This document shows positions 48,201 through 61,079 of a stretch of 64,000 nt of DNA, piece after piece. This DNA comes from Convolutriloba macropyga (lineage: Eukaryota). The position numbers were made by a program, and so were the translations under genes. The notes beneath the pieces are model-generated. The model did not search any database, was not told where the DNA came from, and saw only the letters and a list, made by a program, of their open reading frames with translations. Location: the NCBI RefSeq assembly GCF_964194025.1, contig NC_134472.1, positions 3,534,001 to 3,598,000 on the forward strand, read 5' to 3'. Numbering within the stretch: the first letter of the stretch is position 1; each line of letters begins with the position of its first letter.

Positions 48201-51200
48201 ATAGCTACGCTCAGCAAACAGCTTTGTCTCTATAACCAACTAAGTTTATATCACCAATTCATGCAAACGTAAATTTTGCTTTTCAAAGCTCCAATACTAG
48301 AAAAATTCCAGTTTCCGAAAAGACCATAATTCAAGATCCCCAGATAGATACCACCGATTGGTCAAAAACCAGAGCTCACCTTGTTCAGTTTCGTTTGCTG
48401 ACGCTGGATCGGTGGCCGTAACTGTGTTGGAAGTGAAGTCTATGTGGACTTGTTGACCAGACTGGAGCTGTTGCATAATGTCATCACTAAACTGTCCATC
48501 AGGTGTGAAGAATTGTTCCATACCTGGAACTGCAGCACCTTCTGATTGATCGCCTCCTTCATGCAGTTGCTGACCGGGTCCAGACAGTATGCTAATCATA
48601 CCATCTCCGGCACCGAACTGGGTGAAATCACACTCACCTGGAAACATTTTGTGCGTCAATGCACAATAGTTTACTTTGACCGGCCTTATCACCCCAGAAA
48701 TCTACCACCTTTTAGCCAAGTAACTGATGCCAAACTAACAACTAAACTGTGCAAAAATTTTTAATTCACAATGTTAGTATTCGCAAAGAGTAAAATTATT
48801 CAACTCATTTCAAAGATAAAATTTAGAGCAATGAAACATTTTTCATACCAGCTCAATTAGTTTCGCGGACACTCCAAAACTTTAAGAAAAAAAATGCTGG
48901 AACACAAACTGAAGACAAGGATAGTAGTAGTAGTCACTAATTTTCATATATATTGTTCGATGACATGTACAAAGCTATTGAATAGTTTGACAAAAGTTTG
49001 AAAAGTTGAGAAGGGGCTTACCGAAGTCATTGTTATCACTGTCGTCACTATCATTCATAGTAGGGTCTGGGTGTAACTCTTGGCAATGGTTCATGGCTTG
49101 GAACATGGGCTCTAGGTCTAGCACGTTGTCTGGACAAAAACGCACCTGAAATGCATCTGGTGGAAAGCTACGTGGGTGAAATGAAGACCACAAGGCCTTG
49201 TTGATCAAATTTAATACTAATCGGGATTTCTGATTCAACAAATAGCAAATGAACTCCAATAGTTCATATTTTACACGTATCAATTATTAATAGTGCACTA
49301 GATATCAATTATTAATAGTGCACTGGAGCTTATATGATAAAATCTGGGCTTAAAAGGTTGGAACCAGGAATTCTAGCTGACTGAGCTCTTAAAGCAGGAT
49401 GAGAAAATGAGAAATCTAGCCGAAGGCTTCTTGAATTTCATTGGTGTACGCTCCCTTCGACTTCCCCGTGGCTGCACCCCCGATGCATTTCAGACCTAAC
49501 AATGAAAGAGCGCGAATTATTCGTTTAATTTCTCATTCTCTCAGACACCCATTCAGCTAGATCGGCGTCTCATCAGATGATTTCTAACCTCACAACACAT
49601 GTCATCTTCGACATCTAAATTGACTTGGTCCTCATCATCACTGTTCGCATCTTCAGCTACTGGCTGGACCATTTGCATGTCTCTGTTTGAAGAAGCAGAT
49701 ACTGGGAGCACATTGCCTTCTACCATGAGGTAGAGACAGTCTTTCAGGAAGGCGTTCTTGTCACGCGAGATAGCATGCAACTGAATGTTGGGGTAGAACA
49801 GCTCAAAACCAGTTCCGTCTGTTGACTGCCACACTACATTACTGAAAAAAGAGTCGCGTCCAAATTCTACACTAAATTTGAGCTTCCGCAATTTGTAAAA
49901 CATTCTTTAATCAGAATGGAGCTATTATCAACATTAGCCCGCTGAATTTGCGCAGATATAGACTACGTTAAGAGGTCAAATCATTAGGACACCAAAATGA
50001 GCTAACCATTTTTTTTTGAAAAATGATCATTCAAACTAGTTAGTTTCGATTATAGAATTGATGAGATGGCGATGGCCTCCCAAATACTGGTTTCTAAATA
50101 GCTCTATTGAAATAATAGAGATTTTCCAATGCTAACTTGTTAACTCTCTAAGATTCATAAGTCGTTTTTAAATCTTACATAACCTTACAAGATAGACTTT
50201 ACAAGACTCCACAGGGTTCGTAGGTTTTACGCCAAATTGGCCGCATGTGCCATCTTGTGAAAGAAGTAAATCCTGCAGAGGTTACAAAATTTCATCGTAA
50301 CAGAAGTAAACTGGAGAGCAGTTAAATTCTTTCCGGCAATACGATCTGGCGTAGAAATTAAAGCGATTCTCAAAAAAGGCAAATTTCAGAGTAAAATTTT
50401 CTGAGATACAACGCTTTCAATTCTCGCTTGCAATCAAATTTACGTCTCTGGTGAAACAAATATTTTAGAAAGATAAAACGAGAGATTTAAAAAAATCAGT
50501 GAACCCGAGCAGTTGGCATCACCAAAAACCAGGAAACACGAGAATATAGAAAACCTTGAACATATTGCCGCCCGCTGTTTTTGGATTAAATCCCACAGTG
50601 CATGAGAGTAATGCACTTGAACAGCGGTCAATTGGATCGCTAACCACTATATGACACACAAAGTGACGTATATTGTCTCTTTGGCATACTGGAATACATT
50701 AGACGTTGCAGATTTTGATTGTAACGGTTAACAATCTACTAACTCTGGGGAAACCACAAAATTATTACATTTCGGCTTGCCAATAGCAATTTGGAGTTTA
50801 GAATTAGGCCAAATTAGGCAAAACTGAGAAGTTGAACAAAGCTCTGTTTCAGCGGAGAAAGCGATGAAAAAAGTCCTCGGAAAATCACGCCTTAGCCCAC
50901 ATCATGGTTATAGAGTTCAAATTATCCTAATAAATGGCCCGCGGTTTCCGGATTACATCCCAATGCGTGAGAGGAATATGCATGGAAAACCGTCCGCTTT
51001 GGTTGGCAACTCAATGACACAAAAAATGTCGTAAAGTGTTTCTTTGGAACACTGGAATACATTAGACGTTGCAGGTTTTGATTGTAACGGTTAAAAATGT
51101 ACTATTTCTGGGCGATCACAATTATTACATACTTCCAGGCTTGTTTTTACATTAGGTTACCTTTGATTCGACTGAGTTTGAGTTCACCGGAATCAACAGA

Positions 51201-52367
51201 AAACTAAGAAAAAATGTCGCTCTCACTTTTTTGGTGATGCCATTGTAATGTAACAATTAGGCCAAAGCAAAAAAAGATCAGCAGTTAAACAATGCTTTCA
51301 GTTTAAGCGGAGGCCAGAAAAAACTTTAGCAATTTCACGCCTGGGCGCAGATCATGGTTAATGAATACAATCATGCATAGGTAGTTTGATACCATTTTAC
51401 AATAGCCCTTGGACCACCAGTTAAAAGTATCCCAATTGAAAATCAGATTGTGTGAGTTCCAATATAGCAATTGAAAAAGCGATTGTGTGGGTTTTATTAT
51501 TCCACTTGAAAACCCGATTGTGTGGGTTCTACTAATCGAATTGAAAACCCGACTGTGTGGGTTTTGATTCACATAATAAATCATCATCAGAGTGACGAGG
51601 AGCCATTAATCCGAGCGTTGCTGTGATTCCAAAATTGGATTATGACTTTAAACTGATAACTAATGGCATGTCAATGAGTTAATAAAAACGACTAAGATTA
51701 TCTTACCAAGCCATATATTTATTGAATTTGCCCTTGGACTAGATACACCCCCCGCTTAAGCTGATTTCAAAAAACTGTCATAAATTGTTATTCGGATCGG
51801 ACTATTTAAAATTTGTGAGCAAATACCAACAAATTTAGCACGTAGATTCAGCGACTACTTGACTCACGAGCAAAAAACATGAGGTCGAAAAATTTGCATA
51901 TTTCAATTCTTCGATTCAAATTTTCCTTTTGCCTTCAGCCTAATATTTTAAAAAGACATCGAGAGATAAGACACATTATTTTAGTGACCATGGGCAGTTG
52001 GCATCATTAAAGACAAGGAAACACGAGAAAATAAAAACCCTTGAAAACATTGAAACCATGTTTTTCTTGAGATTAAAAAAAAGACTTGCAAAAGCACTTT
52101 CAATTTTTCAAGAGCTTTTCAATATATTACTCAAGACGGTGTCCATCAAAGATATCGATGCCCCCAGAAAAGTAGGCATTTAGTTTCCAATCCCCAAGCA
52201 ACTTTTGAGGGGCGGATCGATATATTTTCAAAGGATGATGCTTACTCCTCGGTGATATAGACGATTCCTTTTCCAAGGCATGTCTGGTCCACAAACACTT
52301 CTGTGTTCTGCTCTTGATGGTGGATCTTGGCAGTCTGTGTTGGAGCAGTTACGTACCCCAAAGCCAT
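45281..52367 (-). CDS. CLNS1A: Methylosome subunit pICln (CLNS1A); exons 52367-52246, 49841-49589, 49145-49022, 48637-48380 and 45339-45281 (271 aa)
   Basis: GT-AG junctions are phase-consistent (phases 2, 0, 1, 1). Motifs LGKGIVYITE-DNVVWQSTDGTGFELFYPNIQLHAISRD and E-VRFCPDNVLDLEPMFQAMNHCQELHPDP match the pICln family, with acidic tracts. The last exon is the least certain. Confidence 0.88.
50497..50660 (-). mobile_element. Possible tRNA-derived SINE fragment (partial second copy at about 51980-52050)
   Basis: Minus strand starts GTGTCATATAGTGGTTAGCG (A-box-like) and later has GGATTTAATCC (B-box-like). The body gcagttggcatca..a..caaggaaacacgagaa recurs near 51994. Confidence 0.35.
51436..51565. 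repeat. 35-bp minisatellite, 4 units
   Basis: TTGAAAA...GATTGTGTGGGTT-like units start at 51436, 51471, 51506 and 51541. Confidence 0.8.
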
Positions 52368-53570
52368 GTCTGGTCAACAGTCCAATGCAAAACAGAGGTC
52401 ACAGGTTCAAATTCTAACAACAATCAATATGTGCGCAACAGTTTCTCTGAAAAGTTTAAGATTTGAAATGGAGACAAACAAAAAAACCTGTCTTGTCAAG
52501 CTTCGCCTATAGTATAGAAACGATCGAAGGTAACTGCTGTGTATACCTGAAGCAGCTATGAATTTTGGGCTCTGAACACCCGCGTTCTGTGACTAAATTT
52601 TCTGTTTATCACAACCGATAGGATTTTACACCCATAAGACATCGAAAATTGCTATTGATCCACTTCATCCGGAGTTTAAAAGTGACATTATAAGCAATTG
52701 TTTTTGTTCTGGAAACAAACGCACTTTTTCTGTTAAAGCATAATTATAAACAACAAGATGTTTATAAACAACAGAAAAGCCGGTTTTCTTTGGTAATCTG
52801 GTTCAGATCTTATCAAGACCAATGATTTTTTGGTGTTTCAAGTTCTTGAAAAAAAATCAAAATTTCAAGATCATGCATCTTCTCTGCTGGAGGTAACATA
52901 TAAACCAACGTTAGAAAGAAATGTACGCAGAACAATCCAAACTGATTTTCTTCACCGTCAGGATGTGATTTTTAATGAAAGGCGATAATCGCAGAAGCAC
53001 ACTGAACCATTGCGTCAAGCTAATTTCAATATTGTTCCTGGTCACTGTCGTCATCTTCATTTTTTTCTCTTCTCAAATATGGAGGTGATGCATCCGTTCA
53101 TTTTTATTTAATTAAATTAGTAGGCTTTCCGACACCCACTTTACGGTAAAGCAAACGAAACCCAGTTACATGCTATGTTTTGGATATTTTTAAATCTTAG
53201 TTTAATTAGTTTTTGTTTTAATTACCAATATCGAAGACAAGAAGAAATTTATAAGATTACAAGAAAGTACACAAATTTCAGCATCAACTTTTTAGAGAAC
53301 AATCAAACTTTTCGCGAAGAGACATACAAATATTCAGGCCAGGACGAGATCTTATCTAACAATAGAGAACATGATTTCAATTAAGCCATCAAATAGGTAT
53401 AATCACCCTCGTAAGTTCAGTCAACCTCGCCTTTGATTTGTCCTCTATCACACAATTCTGTTTGATCAAATCCTTTGAGTCAAACAAGTTCAAGGTCAAG
53501 GTTACCGACACTTGATATGCGATGTTTACAATAAGATCCCGAAACTTGAAATAAAGACAGTTTAGCAACA

Positions 53571-56500
53571 TCAAAACACACATGTAGAATGGTGCACTTC
53601 AGCCAGATCATCCAAAATGTAGTGCATATCGATTCCAATCTTATCCGCAATGTCCAGCTTCTCTGGCAAACTAAGAGCGGGGAACTGGAATATAAGATCT
53701 CCGTCAACAATTCCACGACTGGAATTAATCAGAGTTCTCCAACCCTCCTTAGGATACCTGTACGCTTTGGGGTTCAAGCTTGCTGATTGCACTAAGACGC
53801 TGTACATTGTATTCTGCAGCATTCTTAGCCTTCTGTAGAGCTTTTCTTGTACAGGTAGAACATAACCAATAGCTCCGTCTAGGGTTCCAAAGTATGAAAC
53901 CATTTTATTATCTAACTCTTTCATTTTTCTCTGATCATTACGCTGAGTTTGGAAGAACAAAGACTTGCACTTGATGTTGATAAATGAGTTGATTTTGCAG
54001 CCAGAATTGAAATCGACCATCTTCACTAATCTTTGACCCGAATGGCTCTCTTTTAATTCCGGTTGGTACATCAGCAAGTTCAAGTTAGACTTTGTGTCTG
54101 AGACCAAAAATCCCATCAGCTTGTTGTCGACCAAGAACGTAGAAGCCATGCTTTCAACACGTCGCGTGTCTTTGCTAATTAAACTGAAAGCTTTAGTTTT
54201 GGGGTCAAATTTGTGAAGAATAATACTTTTGTATATATCATTGCTAAGTACAAAGCTTTTCATGGTGTGAATTCCCAGAGTGAATGGAGTTGCATCTACA
54301 AAAGCACAAGCTGTAAACTTTTGGAACTGAAACGTGTGAATAAATATTTTTTGACCAGATGACGATACTAGGAATCCTTCAACTGCGTTGATAGCCGTTA
54401 TCGGACCTTTCTGTTCATGTTCACAGATTAATCTAAGGTTGAATTTTTTCGATGTATTTCCTTTTTCAATATCTTCCTCTGTGGGTTTTTGGGCTGTAAG
54501 ATCAAACATTCTGATCCAACCTCGACATGGTAACTCCTCACCATACACTTGGCTGCAGCCAATCACAACGTACTCTTGTAAAGCTGAGCGTTCGCCTTCA
54601 TTTGCCAATTTGACACATTTTAGAGCTGTTATGTGATCCCATTCATCCGATTCCCATTTAACGTCGGGTTCAAACTGCCAAGAATCCGGCTGTATGACCC
54701 TAAGAGCAAACTTGGTGATAGTCGGGTAGACATAATTTTCATCACGCTCTAGCAACTCCGGATCCAGTTTATCCAGGACTAATCTTGGCATTCTATTTAC
54801 AGGTTCTGAGGAACTTGTTACTACACAGTACGTTCTAGTTTGTAAATGATAAGATACATGTTGAACTGTAGCTTTGATGTTGATTTTTCTAGTCGGCCAG
54901 TGCGCGTCGTAATCCCAATTGCTAGGCAGAACTGCAATTCGAAGTTGGTTCTTCTGGTTGAAGTAGAGAAATCCGGCGGGACAGTTTACGTTGTTCAGAT
55001 TAGCGTAGTTCACTATAGGCCCATCGTGCCACATTATATGCAATCTTAGAGCACCTTTATCTGTCAAGAAAATCCACAGGGGGTGATACCCACAAACAAA
55101 CACACCATCGTATCCCGCAACGTTTTCAACAACTCGGATACGCTGAATAAGTCTAGAGATACTCGTACGTGGAATCGGGTATCCATCGCCAGCCAGGATT
55201 ACTTCCTCTTCTTCTTGTGACCCGGGGAGTCCAGCGAAAAGAGCCGGTGTCTTCTTGGATACTCTACGTTCTCCCAAGTATTGATGAAGCAGTGTCTCGT
55301 GGCAAAACTTATGCAGCGATATTTGCAATGTTCCTTGAGTTTGTACAATAACCGATTCCTTGATTTCATAAACTATCAGTTCATCACTTAACAACGCAAA
55401 TAAATGAGGCCTGCACTTATTTGCTCCAAGTCCAACCAACAGAATCTCGTTTATTGGGAATTTGTACGTTCTCATATCTTCGCCAAGCAAGTGGCTCTCC
55501 ATTTTAACCTCCACGTGATTTCCAGATAGAGTGAAGGTTTTCTTCGCGTGATAAAATTTGTGAACAGTGAAGCATGGTTTAAGGTCAGGCAACGACAAAA
55601 TTTGCAGCATACCGTTTTGCATACCCAGAACGCACCAATACGTTGGGGTCTCCTCGGTAATTTTTGTGTACTTGAACACATTTGACTTTTTACCCTCTTC
55701 TTTTTTGACGCGGGAAACTCCTGAAAATACAGTCGACAGATCCATGTCCGACTTTTCTCCAAATAAGAGCTCTTCTTCCTGGTCTACGGTAAGCTCGATA
55801 ACGCTTTCTTGCACTTTCGATGTTTGAGTTTGGAGTGTCTTCGCAGCAGCAGCAGTATTGTTGTCCACCGATTTCTGCCTCGTATCAAACAGTCCACTGA
55901 CATCTTTGTACAGACATCCTGATGTAATTAAGAACCCGCTCTGATGTTCCACATCTTTCTTCACAAAACTCAGCTCAACATTTTCCAACTCGTCATTTAG
56001 ACGCTGTATCTGCACGATGTGAAACGTTCCGGAAGAGTTCAAAAGGAAAATAAACAAATCGGTTACGCTGACGTAAACAATGGGCGAATCACCAGGTTCA
56101 AGAGATAACATTGACTTAAGCAAAGTATGCTCCAGAAGGACAACTTTGGTCGGTGTAACCTGGATTGAGAGCCTTTTGTCAACATTACCCGCAAAAATGG
56201 TCGTTTCATTGTATATAAACCCACTCTGCTCAACTTCGTTTATTTCCTCTCTGGTTTCCAGAATCGCAGTTGAATCATGTCGAGCTAAAATTAAACACGA
56301 ATGACGTTGCTGTCCTTTCTCGTCAACGTCCGAGCCCAGAGTAGTCCAAAGGTCAATGTAGTTTGGAAGCTCAAACGTTGTGATCAGTGTCGGTTTCACA
56401 GCTTTCTGGAGCACGGAAATAGCTCCATTTTTATCATGACCGGACCCAACAAGCAATTCCGTCTCCACATCCGTTGAGTTCTGGGCTAAGCCTTCTGAAA

Positions 56501-57968
56501 TGCACAAAGATTCTCCAACTGTCGTTTTACCAATCGGTCCAATGTTCAGAATACTGTCGCATACTTCCAGGTTATAAGAATATATAACTTGCGAAATACT
56601 TTCAGACTGTAGAATTGCCTCTCCGTAAATTTGGTGATCAATTTCATCGGGAACAATTTCCATGTAGTCAGCCACAGTATTCAATCGACGTTTCTTGTTA
56701 GCCGGTTGCTTTTGTGGTGACCTAGTCAAGGCTGTATTTCGAATTCTGCCAATTGGTGCGAGAGTTTTTGTGTAATAAAGCAAGAGGGAATTAGCTAGCC
56801 TCGAACCCAGAAACAAATAATTATCGCCCAAATGAACAATACAACATGTTAGTACACTGGTGGCAGCTTTCTGAAAATTGAACGACTTAACTGCTCGCAT
56901 TTCATCTGTTAGGAGTGTAATTATGTGAATATCTCCAGTTTTAAGAATGACAGCAACCTTGTCCGACTCTAGAAGACACAACCTGCATGTATCAAACACA
57001 ATTTTCTCATCGAAAGCCGGAGTTAGTAGAAAGTCAGTGGTTCCTTTTGCCAAACTGTTAGTCATGACTCCGTACGCCGGAATGCTTTGATTCAGATATA
57101 TCAGAACATTTGCGCCGAAAACAAGAGATCCTCCGATTGGTTTCGGAACCGCAAGAAGCCTGAAACAGTCAAATGGCAACCCACTTTGGGACCATATAAT
57201 AGGGTATGCTTGATGGGTTAAATTTAGTGACAAAGTGATCATAGAAGCTGTATCTTTGCGAACCGCCAATCGCCCAGCCCAAGTCTGAATCGGATGGTAC
57301 AGAATTTGCAACGTGGGTTCAAAGTACCCATGAAGAAATTGGATGTCATACACATTCGAAACCGGTTCCTCTAACTCAAGCAAGTTGATATCAAAACTGG
57401 CCAGTGTCCGATAAATTTGCAAGAACTGCTCTGTTGCCGAAGATCCTCTCTCGTCTTGCAGTTCTTTTTTCAAAGGGATAATGACAATTTTGCTTCCGTG
57501 GGCCAGAAAGGCCGCACACCTCATTTCTGGGTCAACTCTAACTTCAGGCAGCGTCGGACGATCGCATAACGTCGGCTCACTTTCGTTATAGTCATAAAGC
57601 GATAACGATTTCAAATCGTTCGATGCGTGATCATAGCACAAAAGCACAGCATAGGCAGGTTGGAAGGTTAAAATTAAAGCATCGGTTATATCTTGTTCGC
57701 CATCAGGTTGAGCGCTCCGACGCACCACGCCTGCCGAAATTACGTTTCCAAATAACCGAAATGAAGCAACCTGTTCTAATTTAGCACGCGCCGTGAATAC
57801 ACCTGTCGTTTCGGAATTATCGCGGCAACCAAGTCTGTATACTGTCATCTGGTTAGCTCCGAAAGTGACGAGTTGTTTATGTTTGAGGGTTGTGAAATAA
57901 CACCACACCGCCGTCTCAACTGAGGTAGGCGGGTGATTTACGTGAAAGACAGCATGCATCGAAGTCAT
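53571..57968 (-). CDS. CPSF1: Cleavage and polyadenylation specificity factor subunit 1 (CPSF160), intronless, 1465 aa
   Basis: Recognisable CPSF1 motifs along the whole length: HPPTSVE, FRLFGNV, VRVDPEMRCAA, DIQFLHGYFEPTL, QTWAGRLAVRKDT, LAVPKPIGG, YLFLGSRLANSLLL, GSGHDKNGA, EQKGPITA, GTLDGAIG, LNPKAYR, IVDGDL. Confidence 0.96.
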   Translation of the reverse strand: MTSMHAVFHVNHPPTSVETAVWCYFTTLKHKQLVTFGANQMTVYRLGCRDNSETTGVFTARAKLEQVASFRLFGNVISAGVVRRSAQPDGEQDITDALILTFQPAYAVLLCYDHASNDLKSLSLYDYNESEPTLCDRPTLPEVRVDPEMRCAAFLAHGSKIVIIPLKKELQDERGSSATEQFLQIYRTLASFDINLLELEEPVSNVYDIQFLHGYFEPTLQILYHPIQTWAGRLAVRKDTASMITLSLNLTHQAYPIIWSQSGLPFDCFRLLAVPKPIGGSLVFGANVLIYLNQSIPAYGVMTNSLAKGTTDFLLTPAFDEKIVFDTCRLCLLESDKVAVILKTGDIHIITLLTDEMRAVKSFNFQKAATSVLTCCIVHLGDNYLFLGSRLANSLLLYYTKTLAPIGRIRNTALTRSPQKQPANKKRRLNTVADYMEIVPDEIDHQIYGEAILQSESISQVIYSYNLEVCDSILNIGPIGKTTVGESLCISEGLAQNSTDVETELLVGSGHDKNGAISVLQKAVKPTLITTFELPNYIDLWTTLGSDVDEKGQQRHSCLILARHDSTAILETREEINEVEQSGFIYNETTIFAGNVDKRLSIQVTPTKVVLLEHTLLKSMLSLEPGDSPIVYVSVTDLFIFLLNSSGTFHIVQIQRLNDELENVELSFVKKDVEHQSGFLITSGCLYKDVSGLFDTRQKSVDNNTAAAAKTLQTQTSKVQESVIELTVDQEEELLFGEKSDMDLSTVFSGVSRVKKEEGKKSNVFKYTKITEETPTYWCVLGMQNGMLQILSLPDLKPCFTVHKFYHAKKTFTLSGNHVEVKMESHLLGEDMRTYKFPINEILLVGLGANKCRPHLFALLSDELIVYEIKESVIVQTQGTLQISLHKFCHETLLHQYLGERRVSKKTPALFAGLPGSQEEEEVILAGDGYPIPRTSISRLIQRIRVVENVAGYDGVFVCGYHPLWIFLTDKGALRLHIMWHDGPIVNYANLNNVNCPAGFLYFNQKNQLRIAVLPSNWDYDAHWPTRKINIKATVQHVSYHLQTRTYCVVTSSSEPVNRMPRLVLDKLDPELLERDENYVYPTITKFALRVIQPDSWQFEPDVKWESDEWDHITALKCVKLANEGERSALQEYVVIGCSQVYGEELPCRGWIRMFDLTAQKPTEEDIEKGNTSKKFNLRLICEHEQKGPITAINAVEGFLVSSSGQKIFIHTFQFQKFTACAFVDATPFTLGIHTMKSFVLSNDIYKSIILHKFDPKTKAFSLISKDTRRVESMASTFLVDNKLMGFLVSDTKSNLNLLMYQPELKESHSGQRLVKMVDFNSGCKINSFINIKCKSLFFQTQRNDQRKMKELDNKMVSYFGTLDGAIGYVLPVQEKLYRRLRMLQNTMYSVLVQSASLNPKAYRYPKEGWRTLINSSRGIVDGDLIFQFPALSLPEKLDIADKIGIDMHYILDDLAEVHHSTCVF

Positions 57969-58402
57969 GGCTAACCTTAAGCATCAACACTAATATATAC
58001 AAAATCAGAGCCATCAAAATCATCACTGAACAGGTATTCAAAAGATTGCAGATTTTTCCACTGCTGTACTGTAACACTTTCCAGCAATCTAATCGCTTTA
58101 AAATGTATTAACATTCTTCAAACATTTTTAAAGGCACAGCTGAAATGAAATAGAATTGGCAGATTACGAAGGACAGAACAGAGCTGCAACAACTAAAACC
58201 TGATTGAATGTGAAACATGCCAAAAAGTTAATGTACCGACCGTTCTTCTCCCAAAACTTTAAAGTAAGCTATTTTGGTAAACATTTTTGACACAACCTAT
58301 TAAATTTACCCAATTTCAAGAAGGAACCAAGGCTTGTGAAAATTAGTGATAACGTTTTGATGATAACCTCCGCCGACTTTCAATTAGATCTCAATTCTTT
58401 TA

Positions 58403-61079
58403 TTGTTCCGACCCTCTTGAGGGGGGAGGAACTATATACTCAAATGGGTTTTTTTTTGTTCCGTGAATTTTCGCCGCTCGATATATTCATCGTAGAGAGT
58501 TGAGACTGGTATCATTAGAAAGCTCGTCCAGCGTAGAATATGGAATTAAAAAGATTTTTTTAATTTTCGTTTTCTACAGGGAGTTATCGAGGTTTAAACT
58601 TCTGAGAAAAGAAGAGTGAATTCACGTTGTTTTTATTCACATTTTCCGGAATTTTTGCCTAAATTTTCGTCAATTTTGCTAAAATTTGTTATAATTTTTA
58701 AAAATAATGTCATTGATTTTATTTTTGAAGACGAACAGGCATTGTTGATTAATTTGATTTAATTTTTCTGGTCAAAAAATCTGGATAAACATTTCAAAAT
58801 TTAGCCTTTTTCATCAAAAACAGCACGAAATAAGCTACTTTAGTCCACTTTGATTAAATTTGCCGACATTACACCCCCAAACAACACTCATACAATCTTT
58901 GTAGACTCAGAGGGGGGCTATTTCTACTTCAGAGTCTGCTGAGAGTGCACTGGAGTTAAAACTTTGCCGTTTTTTGCTAAGTTTACTAGTTGAATATCAA
59001 AAATGCAGAATTTATTTTGAGTTTTCAACTAACAAATTATCTATATCTACAACATTCGAAAAATCAATTGTTCCTAACGGACAATAAGTATTAGCAGGGC
59101 TAGTTTTGGGCCATTCTTGGATTGTTACAATCCAAAAAAAATCGAATTGTAATCAGTCGGTCTTTTTTTAAAAAAAAAAAGACTTTTTTTTAATAATAAA
59201 GAACAGAACATATCAAATCAAAGCTCAGGAGTGATAGGTCCAACCAACCAATTCGCTTGCTAAGCAGCTCCAAGCTAATGCATTTAGTTTTTTAATTGAA
59301 AGTTTACGGTCGTTTCTTTTTTAAAAAATAATTGAATTTTCCATAAATAATTGTTAATTACTTTTCCTCTATTTTTTTCTTAATTTGTTCAACTTCCAGC
59401 TTAGTGTCAGCAAAGAAAGACTGATTCTTCTTTCTACTGATTTAACATTTATTCTCGGTTGCAGTTTTAAGCCTGAAGTTATTGTTTTCTTGCTTTGATA
59501 CTACAAGATTTCAGATTTTTGTTTGTTTTGATATTTGCCAGTTTTTCACGTTTTCTAATTTTGTCACATTATCACATTATTGACAGTTCTCATGTCACCT
59601 TATTAGCAATCTGAATAAAACACAATTGAACATATTAAAATCCTGAAAGATATACATCATCGTTTTAACGGCCTCGACGCCTCTTTCTTGAAGAAATCAA
59701 TTGAATTTTTTAATTTTGTCTCTAACTGTCATTTATACTTTGTCGTTTCGGTCGTATGAAATTTCCTGTATAGTGATAGCTTTCATTGGCTTTTCATGGA
59801 AGAATAGAAGAACGGATATTCTGATATTAGTAGATAGCTGATGGCTTTCATGACTTTGAAAACAATCGTTTTCCAATATTTAAAAAAAAAATTTTAACTT
59901 CGCAATTTTGTTCTTTTTATGTTTCTTTTTGTTACCTAATCTCGTTATTTAATTACAGGTCAAATATGACATTATGGGTGTCAAGGGAATAAAAGGTATT
60001 GGTGTCCCAAAATCTTTTTTTTAAAGAATTTGTTATGACCTTACTGGCTTCGACACCGGTTTTTCACAAAAAAAGTAAATTAATTTGATTTTTGTCAGAT
60101 TTGACGTTCTTTTTGTAGATGCAAGAAATATTCTGGATAATTACAGGTCTCGAGGGCTTCCTTTTCATGAATAAACGACCCTATTTAAATAGCTCTTTTT
60201 GTAATTAATGCCTTTCATGACATAGAATGTAATTTTGTTTCGAAAAAAAAATTTAAAGTATTACATACTTTAGCACTTCGCTTTTTTGTCTACTTGTTAC
60301 CTAGTCTTACTAATGAATGGCCACGTACTACAATATAGCTGTTTGAAGAAGGCGAAATCAAATATATTTTTAGTGCCAAAATTTGGCTTGACGGTTTTGA
60401 CAGCGTTTTCTGGCAAGTTTCAATTGAAATTTTGTTTGTTCTTTGTTGTTCTTTTTAGCCGCTTTAAAAAATGAATAAGGACAGGTCCTAATGCCCTTCT
60501 ATAGAAACAGTGGTAATCGTAAATTTGTGGTAATATTAATTGATTCCTAATGGTATTTATTACTTTGAAGTTAACTGTTTCAAAAAAATAAATTAATTTT
60601 TTTACTTTACTGTTTTTGTTCTTTTTTGTATAATTGTTACCAAACCTTTTTATGGACTGGTCGCATATGTTTTCTGGTGATTTATAAGTTATTTTTGTTT
60701 AGTTTCATGTTTATCTGACGGTATGTTGACTTTGTTATTAAATTTTGTTTTTAAGAGGGACATAAATTTTTTGATGTAATTAATGTTTGTTGTTGTTGTT
60801 GTTTGATTTTGCTGTTCGTCTTGACTCGCTTTCTTAATATTGACATATTACAGCAATCTAAAGCATCAATTTTTGCTCCACTGAGTTATTTGCTTTGGAG
60901 GCTATCTTATCGTTCATACAGAATTTTTTGAAAAAGACTTGGACTTTTTTGGGATTCGCAAAAAATAATTTTTGGGTTTTTCTATCTGTTCCTCATTTGG
61001 TAGACAATTATGCCAAAATTGTGGATGGGCGGGGTCGGAACCTTATGTGACATCACACATTACCGAGCCGCCTTGTTTT
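58403..61079 (+). mobile_element. HINE (Helentron-like) copy C, about 2.7 kb
   Basis: 5' TTGTTCCGACCC...GGAGGAACTATATACTCAAATGGG; 3' GGGGTCGGAACCTTATGTGACATCACACATTACCGAGCCGCCTTGTTTT. Confidence 0.65.

Noticed and set aside
48297-49903. Three separate ORFs (48297-48692, 48975-49283, 49553-49903)
   Set aside because: They are CLNS1A exons read through into intron sequence.
51436-51565. Repeat-spacer-like array resembling CRISPR
   Set aside because: Fixed 35-bp period with ~12-bp related variable parts, degenerate repeats, inside a eukaryotic intron and no cas genes. It is a minisatellite.
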